Source: Eledone cirrhosa (taxonomy: Eukaryota). Taken from it: a DNA stretch of 64,000 nucleotides. The stretch spans positions 122,574,001 through 122,638,000 of the forward strand of contig OZ024744.1 in the NCBI GenBank assembly GCA_964016885.1. Reading direction: 5' to 3'. The number at the start of each line of letters is the position of its first letter. Position 1 is the stretch's first letter. Positions 1 through 16,000 of the stretch are shown here, in pieces. The notes under the pieces are model-generated. The model worked only from the letters and a program-made list of their open reading frames with translations. It searched no databases and was not told the DNA's origin. Made by a program: the position numbers and the translations under genes.

Positions 1-969
1 CCCAATGTAACTAAGACAGACTTTAACCATGTGATGGACTGGCGTCCTGTCAAGGAGGAAGTCTTGTACTCTGTCACTTAACACCAATGACACTAGGACA
101 GACTTTAAGCTTGTGATGCACTGGTGTCCTGTCCAGGGGGAAGTCTTGTAATCTGTCACTTAACACCAATGACACTAAGACAGACTTTACCCATGTGATT
201 GACTGGTGTCCTGTCCAGGGGGAAGTCTTGTACTCTGTCACTTAACACCAATGACACTAAGACAGACTTTAACCATGTGATGGACTGGTGACTTGTCCAG
301 GGGGAAGTCTTGTACTCTGTCACTTAACACCAATGACACTAAGACAGACTTTAACAATGTGATGGACTGGTGTCCTGTCCAGGGACAAGTCTTGTACTCT
401 GTCACTTAACACCAATGACACTAAGACAAACTCTAAACATGCAATGGACTGGTGTCTTGTCCAGGGGAAAGTCTTGTACTCTGTCACTTAACACCAATGA
501 CACTAAGACAGACTTTATCCATGTGATGCACTGGTGTCCTGTCCAGGAGAAGTCTTGTACTCTGTCACTTAACACCAATGACACTAAGACAGACTTTAAC
601 CATGTGATGGACTGGTGTCCTGTCCAGGGGGAAGTCTTGTACTCTGTCACTTAACACCATGACACTAAAACAGACTTTAGCCTTGTGATGCACTGGTGTC
701 CTGTCCAGGGACAGGTCTTGTACTCTGTCACTTAACACCAATGACACTAAGACAGGCTCTAAAGACGTGATGGACTGGTGTCCTGTCCAGGGGGAAGTCT
801 TGTACTCTGTCACTTAACCCCAATGACACTAAGACAGACTTTAACCATGTGATGGACTGGTGTCCTGTCCAGGGGGAAGTCTTGTACTCTGTCACTTAAC
901 ACCAATGACACTAAGACAGACTTTAACCATGTGATGGACTGTTGTCCTGTCCAGGGGGAAGTCTTGTAC

Positions 970-3900
970 TCTGTCATTTAACACCAATGACACTAAGTAA
1001 GACTTTAACCTTGTAATGGACTGGTGTCCTGTCCAGGGGGAAGTCTTGTACTCTCAGCCACTTAACACTAATGACACTAAGACAGACTTTAATCTTGTGA
1101 TGGACTGGTGTCCTGTCCAGGGGGAAGTATTGTACTCTGTCACTTAACACCAATGACACTAAGACAGACTTTAACCATGTGATGGACTGGTGTCCTGTCC
1201 AGGGGGAAGTCTTGTACTCTGTCACTTAACACCAATGACACTAAGACAGACTTTAACCATGTGATGGACTGGTGTCCTGTCCAGGGGGAAGTCTTGTACT
1301 CTGTCACTTAACCCCAATGACACTAAGACAGACTATAACCATGTGATGGATTGGTGACCTGTCCAGGGACAAGTCTTGTACTCTGTCACTGAACACCAAT
1401 GACACTAAGACAGACTTTAACCTTTTGATGGACTGGTGTTCTGTCCAGGAGAAGTCTTGTACTCTCAGTCACTTAACACCAATGACACTAAGACAGGCTC
1501 TAAAGATGTGATGGACTGGTGTCCTGTCCAGGGGGAAGTCTTGTACTCTGTCACTTAACACTAATGACACTAAGACAGACTTTAACCTTGTGATGGACTG
1601 GTGTCCTGTCCCGGGGGAAGTATTGTACTCTCAGTCACTTAACCCCAATGATACTAAGACAGACTTTAACCTTGTGATAGACTGGTGTCCTGTCCAGGGG
1701 GAAGTATTGTACTCTGTCACTTAACACCAATGACACTAAGATAGACTGTAACCTTGTGATGGACTGGTGTCCTGTCCAGGGGGAAGTCTTGTACTCTGTC
1801 ACTTAACACCAATGACACTAAGATGGACTGGTGTCCTGTCCAGGGGGAAGTCTTGTACTCTGTCACTTAACACTAATGACACTAAGATAGACTTTAACCT
1901 TGTGATGGACTGGTGTCCTGTCCAGGGGCAAGTCTTGTACTCTTTCACTTAACACTAATGACATTAAGACAGACTTTAACATTGTGATGGACTGGTGTCC
2001 TGTCCCGGGGGAAGTATTGTACTCTCAGTCACTTAACACCAATGACAATAATACAGACGTTAACCATGTGATGGACTGGCGTCCTGTCCAGGAGGAAGTC
2101 TTGTACTCTGTCACTTAACACCAATGACACTAAGACAGACTTTAACCTTGTGATGGACTGGTGTCCTGTCCAATGGGAAGTATTGTACTCTGTCACTTAA
2201 CACTAATGACATTAAGACAGACTTTAACATTGTGATGGACTGGTGTCCTGCCCCAGGGGAAGTATTGTACTCTCAGTCACTTAACACCAATGACACTAAG
2301 ACAGACTTTATCCATGTGATGCACTGGTGTCCTATCCAGGAGAAGTCTTGTACTCTCCGTCACTTAACACCAATGACACTAAGACAGAGTTTAACCATGT
2401 GATGGACTGGTGTCCTGTCCAGGGGGAAGTCTTGTACTGTATCACTTAACACCAATGACACTAAGACAGAGTTTAACCATGTGATGGACTAGTGTCCTGT
2501 CCAGGGGGAAGTCTTGTACTGTATCACTTAACACCAATGACACTAAGACAGACTTTAACTTTGTGATGGATTGGTGTCCTGTCCAGGGACAAGTCTTGTA
2601 CTCTGTCACTTAACCCCAATGTAACTAAGACAGACTTTAACCATGTGATGGACTGGCGTCTTGTCAAGGAGGAAGTCTTGTACTCTGTCACTTAACACCA
2701 ATGACACTAGGACAGACTTTAAGCTTGTGATGCACTGGTGTCCTGTCCAGGGGGAAGTCTTGTAATCTGTCACTTAACACCAATGACACTAAGACAGACT
2801 TTACCCATGTGATTGACTGGTGTCCTGTCCAGGGGGAAGTCTTGTACTCTGTCACTTAACACCAATGACACTAAGACAGACTTTAACCATGTGATGGACT
2901 GGTGTCCTGTCCAGCGGGAAGTCTTGTACTCTCAGTCACTTAACACCAATGATACTAAGACAGACTTTAAACATGTGATGGATTGGTGTCCTGTCCAGGG
3001 GGAAGTCTTGTACTCTGTCACTTAACACCAATGACACTAAGACAGACTTTAACAATGTGATGGACTGGTGTCCTGTCCAGGGACAAGTCTTGTACTCTGT
3101 CACTTAACACCAATGACACTAAGACAAACTCTAAACATGCAATGGACTGGTGTCTTGTCCAGGGGAAAGTCTTGTACTCTGTCACTTAACACCAATGACA
3201 CTAAGACAGACTTTATCCATGTGATGCACTGGTGTCCTGTCCAGGAGAAGTCTTGTACTCTGTCACTTAACACCAATGACACAAAGACAGACTTTAACCA
3301 TGTGATGGACTGGTGTCCTGTCCAGGGGCAAGTCTTGTACTCTCCGTCACTTAACACGAATGACACGAAGACAGACTTTATCCATGTGATGCACTGGTGT
3401 CCTGTCCAGGGAGAAGTCTTGTACTCTGTCACTTAACACCAATGACACTAAGACAGACTTTAACCTTGTGATGCACTGGTGTCCTGTCCAGGGGGAAGTT
3501 TTGTAATCTGTCACTTAACACCAATGACACTAAGACAGACATTATCCATGTGATGCACTGGTGTCCTGTCCAGGGGGAAGTCTTGTACTCTCAGCCACTT
3601 AACACTAATGACACTAAGACAGACTTTAAACTTGTGATGGACTGGTGTCCTGTCCAGTGGGAAGTATTGTACTCTCAGTCACTTAACACCAATGACACTA
3701 AGATAGACTTTAACCATGTGATGGACTGGTGTCCTGTCCAGGGGGAAGTCTTGTACTCTGTCACTTAACACCATGACACTAAGACAGACTTTAGCCTTGT
3801 GATGCACTGGTGTCCTGTCCAGGGACAGGTCTTGTACTCTGTCACTTAACACCAATGACACTAAGACAGGCTCTAAAGATGTGATGGACTGGTGTCCTGT

Positions 3901-6900
3901 CCAGGGGGAAGTCTTGTACTCTGTCACTTAACCCCAATGACACTAAGACAGACTTTAACCATGTGATGGACTGGTGTCCTGTCCAGGGGGAAGTCTTGTA
4001 CTCTGTCACTTAACACCAATGACACTAAGACAGACTTTAACCATGTGATGGACTGTTGTCCTGTCCAGGGGGAAGTCTTGTACTCTGTCATTTAACACCA
4101 ATGACACTAAGTAAGACTTTAACCTTGTAATGGACTGGTGTCCTGTCCAGGGGGAAGTCTTGTACTCTCAGCCACTTAACACTAATGACACTAAGACAGA
4201 CTTTAATCTTGTGATGGACTGGTGTCCTGTCCAGGGGGAAGTATTGTACTCTGTCACTTAACACCAATGACACTAAGACAGACTTTAACCATGTGATGGA
4301 CTGTTGTCCTGTCCTGGGGGAAGTCTTGTACTCTGTCATTTAACACCAATGACACTAAGTAAGACTTTAACCTTGTAATGGACTGGTGTCCTGTCCAGGG
4401 GGAAGTCTTGTACTCTCAGCCACTTAACACTAATGACACTAAGACAGACTTTAATCTTGTGATGGACTGGTGTCCTGTCCAGGGGGAAGTATTGTACTCT
4501 GTCACTTAACACCAATGACACTAAGACAGACTTTAACCATGTGATGGACTGGTGTCCTGTCCAGGGGGAAGTCTTGTACTCTGTCACTTAACACCAATGA
4601 CACTAAGACAGACTTTAACCATGTGATGGACTGGTGTCCTGTCCAGGGGGAAGTCTTGTACTCTGTCACTTAACCCCAATGACACTAAGACAGACTATAA
4701 CCATGTGATGGATTGGTGACCTGTCCAGGGACAAGTCTTGTACTCTGTCACTGAACACCAATGACACTAAGACAGACTTTAACCTTTTGATGGACTGGTG
4801 TTCTGTCCAGGAGAAGTCTTGTACTCTCAGTCACTTAACACCAATGACACTAAGACAGGCTCTAAAGATGTGATGGACTGGTGTCCTGTCCAGGGGGAAG
4901 TCTTGTACTCTGTCACTTAACACTAATGACACTAAGACAGACTTTAACCTTGTGATGGACTGGTGTCCTGTCCCGGGGGAAGTATTGTACTCTCAGTCAC
5001 TTAACCCCAATGATACTAAGACAGACTTTAACCTTGTGATAGACTGGTGTCCTGTCCAGGGGGAAGTATTGTACTCTGTCACTTAACACCAATGACACTA
5101 AGATAGACTGTAACCTTGTGATGGACTGGTGTCCTGTCCAGGGGGAAGTCTTGTACTCTGTCACTTAACACCAATGACACTAAGATGGACTGGTGTCCTG
5201 TCCAGGGGGAAGTCTTGTACTCTGTCACTTAACACTAATGACACTAAGATAGACTTTAACCTTGTGATGGACTGGTGTCCTGTCCAGGGGCAAGTCTTGT
5301 ACTCTTTCACTTAACACTAATGACATTAAGACAGACTTTAACATTGTGATGGACTGGTGTCCTGTCCCGGGGGAAGTATTGTACTCTCAGTCACTTAACA
5401 CCAATGACAATAATACAGACGTTAACCATGTGATGGACTGGCGTCCTGTCCAGGAGGAAGTCTTGTACTCTGTCACTTAACACCAATGACACTAAGACAG
5501 ACTTTAACCTTGTGATGGACTGGTGTCCTGTCCAATGGGAAGTATTGTACTCTGTCACTTAACACTAATGACATTAAGACAGACTTTAACATTGTGATGG
5601 ACTGGTGTCCTGCCCCAGGGGAAGTATTGTACTCTCAGTCACTTAACACCAATGACACTAAGACAGACTTTATCCATGTGATGCACTGGTGTCCTATCCA
5701 GGAGAAGTCTTGTACTCTCCGTCACTTAACACCAATGACACTAAGACAGAGTTTAACCATGTGATGGACTGGTGTCCTGTCCAGGGGGAAGTCTTGTACT
5801 GTATCACTTAACACCAATGACACTAAGACAGAGTTTAACCATGTGATGGACTAGTGTCCTGTCCAGGGGGAAGTCTTGTACTGTATCACTTAACACCAAT
5901 GACACTAAGACAGACTTTAACTTTGTGATGGATTGGTGTCCTGTCCAGGGACAAGTCTTGTACTCTGTCACTTAACCCCAATGTAACTAAGACAGACTTT
6001 AACCATGTGATGGACTGGCGTCTTGTCAAGGAGGAAGTCTTGTACTCTGTCACTTAACACCAATGACACTAGGACAGACTTTAAGCTTGTGATGCACTGG
6101 TGTCCTGTCCAGGGGGAAGTCTTGTAATCTGTCACTTAACACCAATGACACTAAGACAGACTTTACCCATGTGATTGACTGGTGTCCTGTCCAGGGGGAA
6201 GTCTTGTACTCTGTCACTTAACACCAATGACACTAAGACAGACTTTAACCATGTGATGGACTGGTGTCCTGTCCAGCGGGAGGTCTTGTACTCTCAGTCA
6301 CTTAACACCAATGATACTAAGACAGACTTTAAACATGTGATGGATTGGTGTCCTGTCCAGGGGGAAGTCTTGTACTCTGTCACTTAACACCAATGACACT
6401 AAGACAGACTTTAACAATGTGATGGACTGGTGTCCTGTCCAGGGACAAGTCTTGTACTCTGTCACTTAACACCAATGACACTAAGACAAACTCTAAACAT
6501 GCAATGGACTGGTGTCTTGTCCAGGGGAAAGTCTTGTACTCTGTCACTTAACACCAATGACACTAAGACAGACTTTATCCATGTGATGCACTGGTGTCCT
6601 GTCCAGGAGAAGTCTTGTACTCTGTCACTTAACACCAATGACACTAAGACAGACTTTAACCATGTGATGGACTGGTGTCCTGTCCAGGGGCAAGTCTTGT
6701 ACTCTCCGTCACTTAACACGAATGACACGAAGACAGACTTTATCCATGTGATGCACTGGTGTCCTGTCCAGGGAGAAGTCTTGTACTCTGTCACTTAACA
6801 CCAATGACACTAAGACAGACTTTAACCTTGTGATGCACTGGTGTCCTGTCCAGGGGGAAGTTTTGTAATCTGTCACTTAACACCAATGACACTAAGACAG

Positions 6901-7080
6901 ACATTATCCATGTGATGCACTGGTGTCCTGTCCAGGGGGAAGTCTTGTACTCTCAGCCACTTAACACTAATGACACTAAGACAGACTTTAAACTTGTGAT
7001 GGACTGGTGTCCTGTCCAGTGGGAAGTATTGTACTCTCAGTCACTTAACACCAATGACACTAAGATAGACTTTAACCATG
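970..7080. repeat. Higher-order repeat domain, period 3362 bp (~41 monomers)
   Basis: Identical variant strings recur 3362 bp apart: ORF-track pairs 974/4336, 1767/5129, 2813/6175, 3068/6430, 3550/6912. A third, more rearranged copy extends to ~9.9 kb. Confidence 0.9.
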
Positions 7081-10000
7081 TAATGGACTGGTGTCCTGTC
7101 CAGGGGGAAGTCTTGTACTCTGTCACTTAACACCAATGACACTAAGACAGACTTTAACCATGTGATGGACTGGTGTCCTGTCCAGGGGGAAGTCTTGTAC
7201 TCTGTCACTTAACACCATGACACTAAGACAGACTTTAGCCTTGTGATGCACTGGTGTCCTGTCCAGGGACAGGTCTTGTACTCTGTCACTTAACACCAAT
7301 GACACTAAGACAGGCTCTAAAGATGTGATGGACTGGTGTCCTGTCCAGGGGGAAGTCTTGTACTCTGTCACTTAACCCCAATGACACTAAGACAGACTTT
7401 AACCATGTGATGGACTGGTGTCCTGTCCAGGGGGAAGTCTTGTACTCTGTCACTTAACACCAATGACACTAAGACAGACTTTAACCATGTGATGGACTGT
7501 TGTCCTGTCCAGGGGGAAGTCTTGTACTCTGTCATTTAACACCAATGACACTAAGTAAGACTTTAACCTTGTAATGGACTGGTGTCCTGTCCAGGGGGAA
7601 GTCTTGTACTCTCAGCCACTTAACACTAATGACACTAAGACAGACTTTAATCTTGTGATGGACTGGTGTCCTGTCCAGGGGGAAGTATTGTACTCTGTCA
7701 CTTAACACCAATGACACTAAGACAGACTTTAACCATGTGATGGACTGGTGTCCTGTCCAGGGGGAAGTCTTGTACTCTGTCACTTAACACCAATGACACT
7801 AAGACAGACTTTAACCATGTGATGGACTGGTGTCCTGTCCAGGGGGAAGTCTTGTACTCTGTCACTTAACCCCAATGACACTAAGACAGACTTTAGCCAT
7901 GTGATGGACTGTTGTCCTGTCCAGGGGGAAGTCTTGTACTCTGTCATTTAACACCAATGACACTAAGTAAGACTTTAACCTTGTAATGGACTGGTGTCCT
8001 GTCCAGGGGGAAGTCTTTTACTCTCAGCCACTTAACACTAATGACACTAAGACAGACTTTAACCTTGTGATGGACTGGTGTCCTGTCCAGGGGGAAGTAT
8101 TGTACTCTCAGTCACTTAACACCAATGACACTAAGACAGACTTTAACCATGTGATGGACTGGTGTCCTGTCCAGGGGAAGTCTTGTACTCTCAGTCACTT
8201 AACACCAATGACACTAAGACAGACTATAACCATGTGATGGATTGGTGACCTGTCCAGGGACAAGTCTTGTACTCTGTCACTGAACACCAATGACACTAAG
8301 ACAGACTTTAACCTTTTGATGGACTGGTGTTCTGTCCAGGAGAAGTCTTGTACTCTCAGTCACTTAACACCAATGACACTAAGACAGGCTCTAAAGATGT
8401 GATGGACTGGTGTCCTGTCCAGGGGAAAGTCTTGTACTCTGTCACTTAATACTAATGACACTAAGACAGACTTTAACCTTGTGATGGACTGGTGTCCTGT
8501 CCCGGGGGAAGTATTGTACTCTCAGTCACTTAACCCCAATGATACTAAGACAGACTTTATCCTTGTGATAGACTGGTGTCCTGTCCAGGGGGAAGTATTG
8601 TACTCTGTCACTTAACACTAATGACACTAAGATAGACTTTAACCTTGTGATGGACTGGTGTCCTGTCCAGGGGCAAGTCTTGTACTCTTTCACTTAACAC
8701 TAATGACATTAAGACAGACTTTAACATTGTGATGGACTGGTGTCCTGTCCCGGGGGAAGTATTGTACTCTCAGTCACTTAACACCAATGACAATAAGACA
8801 GACGTTAACCATGTGATGGACTGGCGTCCTGTCCAGGAGGAATTCTTGTACTCTGTCACTTAACACCAATGACACTAAGACAGACTTTAACCTTGTGATG
8901 GACTGGTGTCCTGTCCAATGGGAAGTATTGTACTCTGTCACTTAACACCAATGACACTAAGACAGAGTTTAACCATGTGATGGACTGGTGTACTGTCCAG
9001 GGGGAAGTCTTGTACTGTATCACTTAACACCAATGACACTAAGACAGACTTTAACCATGTGATGGACTGGTGTCCTGTCCAGCGGGAAGTCTTGTACTCT
9101 CAGTCACTTAACACCAATGACACTAAGACAGACTTTAACCATGTGATGGATTGGTGTCCTGTCCAGGGACAAGTCTTGTACTCTGTCACGTAACCCCAAT
9201 GTAACTAAGACAGACTTTAACCATGTGATGGACTGGTGTCCTGTCAAGGAGGAAGTCTTGTACTCTGTCACTTAACACCAATGACACTAGGACAGACTTT
9301 AAGCTTGTGATGCACTGGTGTCCTGTCCAGGGGGAAGTCTTGTAATCTGTCACTTAACACCAATGACACTAAGACAGACTTTATCCATGTGATTGACTGG
9401 TGTCCTGTCCAGGGGGAAGTCTTGTACTCTGTCACTTAACACCAATGACACTAAGACAGACTTTAACCATGTGATGGACTGGTGTCCTGTCCAGCGGGAA
9501 GTCTTGTACTCTCAGTCACTTAACACCAATGATACTAAGACAGACTTTAAACATGTGATGGATTGGTGTCCTGTCCAGGGGGAAGTCTTGTACTCTGTCA
9601 CTTAACACCAATGACACTAAGACAGACTTTAACCATGTGATGGACTGGTGTCCTGTCCAGGGACAAGTCTTGTACTCTGTCACTTAACACCAATGACACT
9701 AAGACAAACTCTAAACATGCAATGGACTGGTGTCTTGTCCAGGGGGAAGTCTTGTACTCTGTCACTTAACACCAATGACACTAAGACAGACTTTAACCTT
9801 GTGCTGGACTGGTGTCCTGTCCAGGGACAGGTCTTGTACTTTGTCACTTAACACCAATGACACTAAGACAGACTTTATCCATGTGATGCACTGGTGTCCT
9901 GTCCAGGAGAAGTCTTGTACTCTCCGTCACTTAACACCAATGACACTAAGACAGACTTTAACCTTATGATGCACTGGTGTCCTGTCCAGGAGAAGTCTTG

Positions 10001-10089
10001 TACTCTGTCACTTAACACCAATGACACTAAGACAGACTCTAACCATGTAATGGACTGGTGTCCTGTCCAGGGGCAAGTCTTGTACTCTC

Positions 10090-13000
10090 CGTCACTTAAC
10101 ACGAATGACACGAAAACAGACTTTATCCATGTGATGCACTGGTGTCCTGTCGAGGGAGAAGTCTTGTACTCTGTCACTTAACACCAATGACACTAAGACA
10201 GACTTTAACCATGTAATGGGCTGGTGTCCTTTCCAGGGACAAGTCTTGTACTCTGTCACTTAACACCAATGACACTAAGACAGACTTTAGCCTTGTGATG
10301 CACTGGTGTCTTGTCCAGGGACAGGTCTTGTACTCTGTCAATTAACACCAATGACACAAAGACAGTCTCTAAAGATGTGATGGACTGGTGTCCTGTCCAG
10401 GGGGAAGTCTTGTACTCTGTCACTTAACCCCAATGACACTAAGACAGACTTTAACCATGTGATGGACTGGTGTCCTGTCCAGGGGGAAGTCTTGTACTCT
10501 GTCACTTAACACCAATGACACTAAGATGGACTGGTGTCCTGTCCAGGGGGAAGTCTTGTACTCTGTCACTTAACACTAATGACACTAAGATAGACTTTAA
10601 CCTTGTGATGGACTGGTGTCCTGTCCAGGGGCAAGTCTTGTACTCTTTCACTTAACACTAATGACATTAAGACAGACTTTAACATTGTGATGGACTGGTG
10701 TCCTGTCCCGGGGGAAGTATTGTACTCTCAGTCACTTAACACCAATGACAATAAGACAGACGTTAACCATGTGATGGACTGGCGTCCTGTCCAGGAGGAA
10801 GTCTTGTACTCTGTCACTTAACACCAATGACACTAAGACAGACTTTAACCTTGAGATGCACTGGAGTCCTGTCCAGGAGAAGTCTTGTACTCTGTCACTT
10901 AACACCAATGACACTAAGACAGACTTTAACCATGTGATGGACTGGTGTCCTGTCCAGGGGCAAGTCTTTTACTCTCCGTCACTTAACACGAATGACACGA
11001 AGACAGACTTTATCCATGTGATGCACTGGTGTCCTGTCGAGGGAGAAGTCTTGTACTCTGTCACTTAACACCAATGACACTAAGACAGACTTTAACCTTG
11101 TGATGCACTGGTGTCCTGTCCAGGGGGAAGTTTTGTAATCTGTCACTTAACACCAATGACACTAAGACAGACATTATCCATGTGATGCACTGGTGTCCTG
11201 TCCAGGGGTAAGTCTTGTACTCTCAGCCACTTAACACTAATGACACTAAGACAGACTTTAAACTTGTGATGGACTGGTGTCCTGTCCAGTGGGAAGTATT
11301 GTACTCTCAGTCACTTAACATCAATGACACTAAGATAGACTTTAACCATGTAATGGACTGGTGTCCTTTCCAGGGACAAGTCTTGTACTCTGTCACTTAA
11401 CACCATGACACTAAGACAGACTTTAGCCTTGTGATGCACTGGTGTCCTGTCCAGGGACAGGTCTTGTACTCTGTCACTTAACACCAATGACACTAAGACA
11501 GACTTTAACCATGTGATGGACTGGTGTCCTGTCCAGGGGGAAGTCTTGTACTCTGTCACTTAACCCCAATGACACTAAGACAGACTTTAACCATGTGATG
11601 GACTGTTGTCCTGTCCAGGGGGAAGTCTTGTACTCTGTCATTTAACACCAATGACACTAAGACAGACTTTAACCATGTGATGGACTGGTGTCCTGTCCAG
11701 GGGGAAGTCTTGTACTCTGTCACTTAACACCAATGACACTAAGACAGACTTTAACCATGTGATGGACTGGTGTCCTGTCCAGGGGGAAGTCTTGTACTCT
11801 GTCACTTAACCCCAATGACACTAAGACAGACTTTAACCATGTGATGGACTGTTGTCCTGTCCAGGGGGAAGTCTTGTACTCTGTCATTTAACACCAATGA
11901 CACTAAGTAAGACTTTAACCTTGTAATGGACTGGTGTCCTGTCCAGGGGGAAGTCTTGTACTCTCAGCCACGTAACACTAATGACACTAAGACAGACTTT
12001 AACCTTGTGATGGACTGGTGTCCTGTCCAGGGGGAAGTATTGTACTCTCAGTCACTTAACACCAATGACACTAAGACAGACTTTAACCATGTGATGGACT
12101 GGTGTCCTGTCCAGGGGGAAGTTTTGTACTCTATCACATAACACTAATGACACTAAGACAGACTTTAACCTTGTGATGGACTGGTGTCCTGTCCAGGGGG
12201 AAGTATTGTACTCTGTCACTTAACACCAATGACACTAAGACAGACTTTAACCATGTGATGGACTGGTGTCCTGTCCAGGGGGAAGTTTTGTACTCTGTCA
12301 CATAACACTAATGACACTAAGACAGACTTTAACCTTGTGATGGACTGGTGTCCTGTCCAGGGGGAAGTATTGTACTCTGTCACTTAACACCAATGACACT
12401 AAGACAGACTTTAACCATGTGATGGACTGGTGTCCTGTCCAGGGACAAGTCTTGTACTCTGTCACTTAACACCAATGACACTAAGACAAACTCTAAACAT
12501 GCAATGGACTGGTGTCTTGTCCAGGGGGAAGTCTTGTACTCTGTCACTTAACACCAATGACACTAAGACAGACTTTAACCTTGTGCTGGACTGGTGTCCT
12601 GTCCAGGGACAGGTCTTGTACTTTGTCACTTAACACCAATGACACTAAGACAGACTTTATCCATGTGATGCACTGGTGTCCTATCCAGGAGAAGTCTTGT
12701 ACTCTCCGTCACTTAACACCAATGACACTAAGACAGACTTTAACCTTATGATGCACTGGTGTCCTGTCAAGGAGGAAGTCTTGTACTCTGTCACTTAAGA
12801 CCAATGACACTAAGACAGACTTTAACCTTGAGATGCACTGGAGTCCTGTCCAGGAGAAGTCTTGTACTCTGTCACTTAACACCAATGACACTAAGACAGA
12901 CATTAACCTTGTGCTGGACTGGTGTCCTGTCCAGGGACAGGTCTTGTACTCTGTCACTTAACACCAATGACACTAAGACAGACTTTATCCATGTGATGCA

Positions 13001-16000
13001 CTGGTGTCCTATCCAGGAGAAGTCTTGTACTCTCCGTCACTTAACACGAATGACACGAAGACAGACTTTATCCATGTGATGCACTGGTGTCCTGTCGAGG
13101 GAGAAGTCTTGTACTCTGTCACTTAACACCAATGACACTAAGACAGACTTTAACCTTGTGATGCACTGGTGTCCTGTCCAGGGGGAAGTTTTGTAATCTG
13201 TCACTTAACACCAATGACACTAAGACAGACATTATCCATGTGATGCACTGGTGTCTTGTCCAGGGGGAAGTCTTGTACTCTCAGCCACTTAACACTAATG
13301 ACACTAAGACAGACTTTAAACTTGTGATGGACTGGTGTCCTGTCCAGTGGAAAGTATTGTACTCTCAGTCACTTAACATCAATGACACTAAGATAGACTT
13401 TAACCATGTAATGGACTGGTGTCCTTTCCAGGGACAAGTCTTGTACTCTGTCACTTAACACCATGACACTAAGACAGACTTTAGCCTTGTGATGCACTGG
13501 TGTCCTGTCCAGGGACAGGTCTTGTACTCTGTCACTTAACACCAATGACACTAAGACAGGCTCTAAAGATGTGATGGACTGGTGTCCTGTCCAGGGGGAA
13601 GTCTTGTACTCTGTCACTTAACCCCAATGACACTAAGACAGACTTTAACCATGTGATGGACTGGTGTCCTGTCCAGGGGGAAGTCTTGTACTCTGTCACT
13701 TAACACCAATGACACTAAGACAGACTTTAACCATGTGATGGACTGGTGTCCTGTCCAGGGGGAAGTCTTGTACTCTGTCACTTAACCCCAATGACACTAA
13801 GACAGACTTTAACCATGTGATGGACTGTTGTCCTGTCCAGGGGGAAGTCTTGTACTCTGTCATTTAACACCAATGACACTAAGTAAGACTTTAACATTGT
13901 AATGGACTGGTGTCCTGTACAGGGGGAAGTCTTGTACTCTCAGCCACGTAACACTAATGACACTAAGACAGACTTTAACCTTGTGATGGACTGGTGTCCT
14001 GTCCAGGGGGAAGTATTGTACTCTCAGTCACTTAACACCAATGACACTAAGACAGACTTTAACCATGTGATGGACTGGTGTCCTGTCCAGGGGGAAGTTT
14101 TGTACTCTATCACATAACACTAATGACACTAAGACAGACTTTAACCTTGTGATGGACTGGTGTCCTGTCCAGGGGGAAGTCTTGTACTCCGTCACTTAAC
14201 ACCAATGACACTAAGACAAACTTTAACCTTGTGATGCACTGGTGTCCTGTCCAGGGGGAAGTCTTGTAATCTGTCACTTAACACCAATGACACTAAGACA
14301 GACTTTAACCTTGTGATGGACTGGTGTCCTGTCAAGGAGGAAGTCTTGTACTCTGTCACTTAACACCAATTACACTAAGACAGACTTTATCCATGTGATG
14401 CACTGGTGTCCTGTCGAGGGAGAAGTCTTGTACTCTGTCACTTAACCCCAATGACACTAAGACAGACTTTAACCATGTGATGAACTGTTGTCCTGTCCAG
14501 GGGGAAGTCGTGTACTCTGTCACTTAACACCAATGACACTAAGACAGACTTTATCCATGTGATGCACTGGTGTTCTCTCCAGGAGGAAGTCTTGTACTCT
14601 GTCACTTAACACTAATGACACTAAGACAGACTTTAACCTTGTGATGGACTGGTGTCCTGTCAAGGAGGAAGTCTTGTACTCTGTCACTTAACACCAAGGA
14701 CACTAAGACAGACTTTAACCTTGTGATGGACGGGTGTCCTGTCCAGGGGGAAGTCTTGTACTCTGTCACTTAAGACCAATGACACTAAGACAGACTTTAA
14801 CCATGTGATGTACTTGTCTACTGTCCAGGGGGAAGTCTTGTACTCTGTCACTTAACACCAATGACACTAAGACAGACTTTAACCATGTGATGCACTGGTG
14901 TCCTGTCCAGCAGAAGTCTTGTACTCTGTCACTTAACACCAATGACACTAAGACAGACTTAACCTTGTGATGGACTGGTGTCCCGTTCAGGGGGAAGTCT
15001 TGTACTCTGTCACTTAACACCAATGACACTAAGACAGACTTTAACCTGGTGATGGACTGGTGTCCTGTCCAGGGGGAAGTCTTGTACTCTGTCATTTAAC
15101 ACCAATGACACTAAGACAGACTTTAACCATGTGATGTACTTGTCTCCTGTCCAGGGGGAAGTCTTGTACTCTGTCACTTAACACCAATGACACTAAGACA
15201 GACTTTAACCATGTGATGCACTGGTGTCCTGTCCACCAGAAGTCTTGTACTCTGTCACTTAACACCAATGACACTAAGACAGACTTTAACCTTGTGATGG
15301 ACTGGTGTCCTGTCCAGGGGGAAGTCTTGTACTCTGTCACTTAACACCAATGACACTAAGACAGACTTTAACCTGGTGATGGACTGGTGTCCTGTCCAGG
15401 GGGAAGTCTTGTACTCTGTCATTTAACACCAATGACACTAAGATTGACTTTAACCATGTGATGGACTGGTGTCCTGTCCAGGGGGAAGTCTTGTACTCTG
15501 TCACTTAACACCAATGACACTAAGACAGACTTTAACCATGTGATGGACTGGTGTCCTGTCCAGGGGGAAGTCTTGTACTCTGTGACTTAACACCAATGAC
15601 ACTAAGACAGTCGTTAACCTTGTAATGGACTGGTGTCCTGTCCAGGGGGAAATCTTGTACTCTCAGTGACTTAACACCAATGACACTAAGACAGACTTTA
15701 ACCATGTGATGGACTGGTGTCCTGTCCAGGGCCAAGTCTTGTACTCTGTCACTTAACACCAATGACACTAAGACAGACTTCAGCCTTGTGATGCAATGGT
15801 GTCCTGTCCAGGGACAGGTCTTGTACTCTGTCACTTAACACCATGGACACTAAGACAGGTTCTAAAGATGTGATGCACTGGTGTCCTGTCAAGGAGGAAG
15901 TCTTGTACTCTGTCACTTAACACCAATGACACTAGGACAGACTTTAACCTTGAGATGCACTGGTGTCCTGTCCAGGAGAAGTCTTGTACTCTGTCACTTA

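Noticed and set aside
15040-15055. Recursive splice sites (AG|GT) in minus-strand monomers, e.g. CACCAG|GTTAAA
   Set aside because: GTTAAA is a poor donor and there is no adjacent polypyrimidine tract. Not supportable without RNA data.
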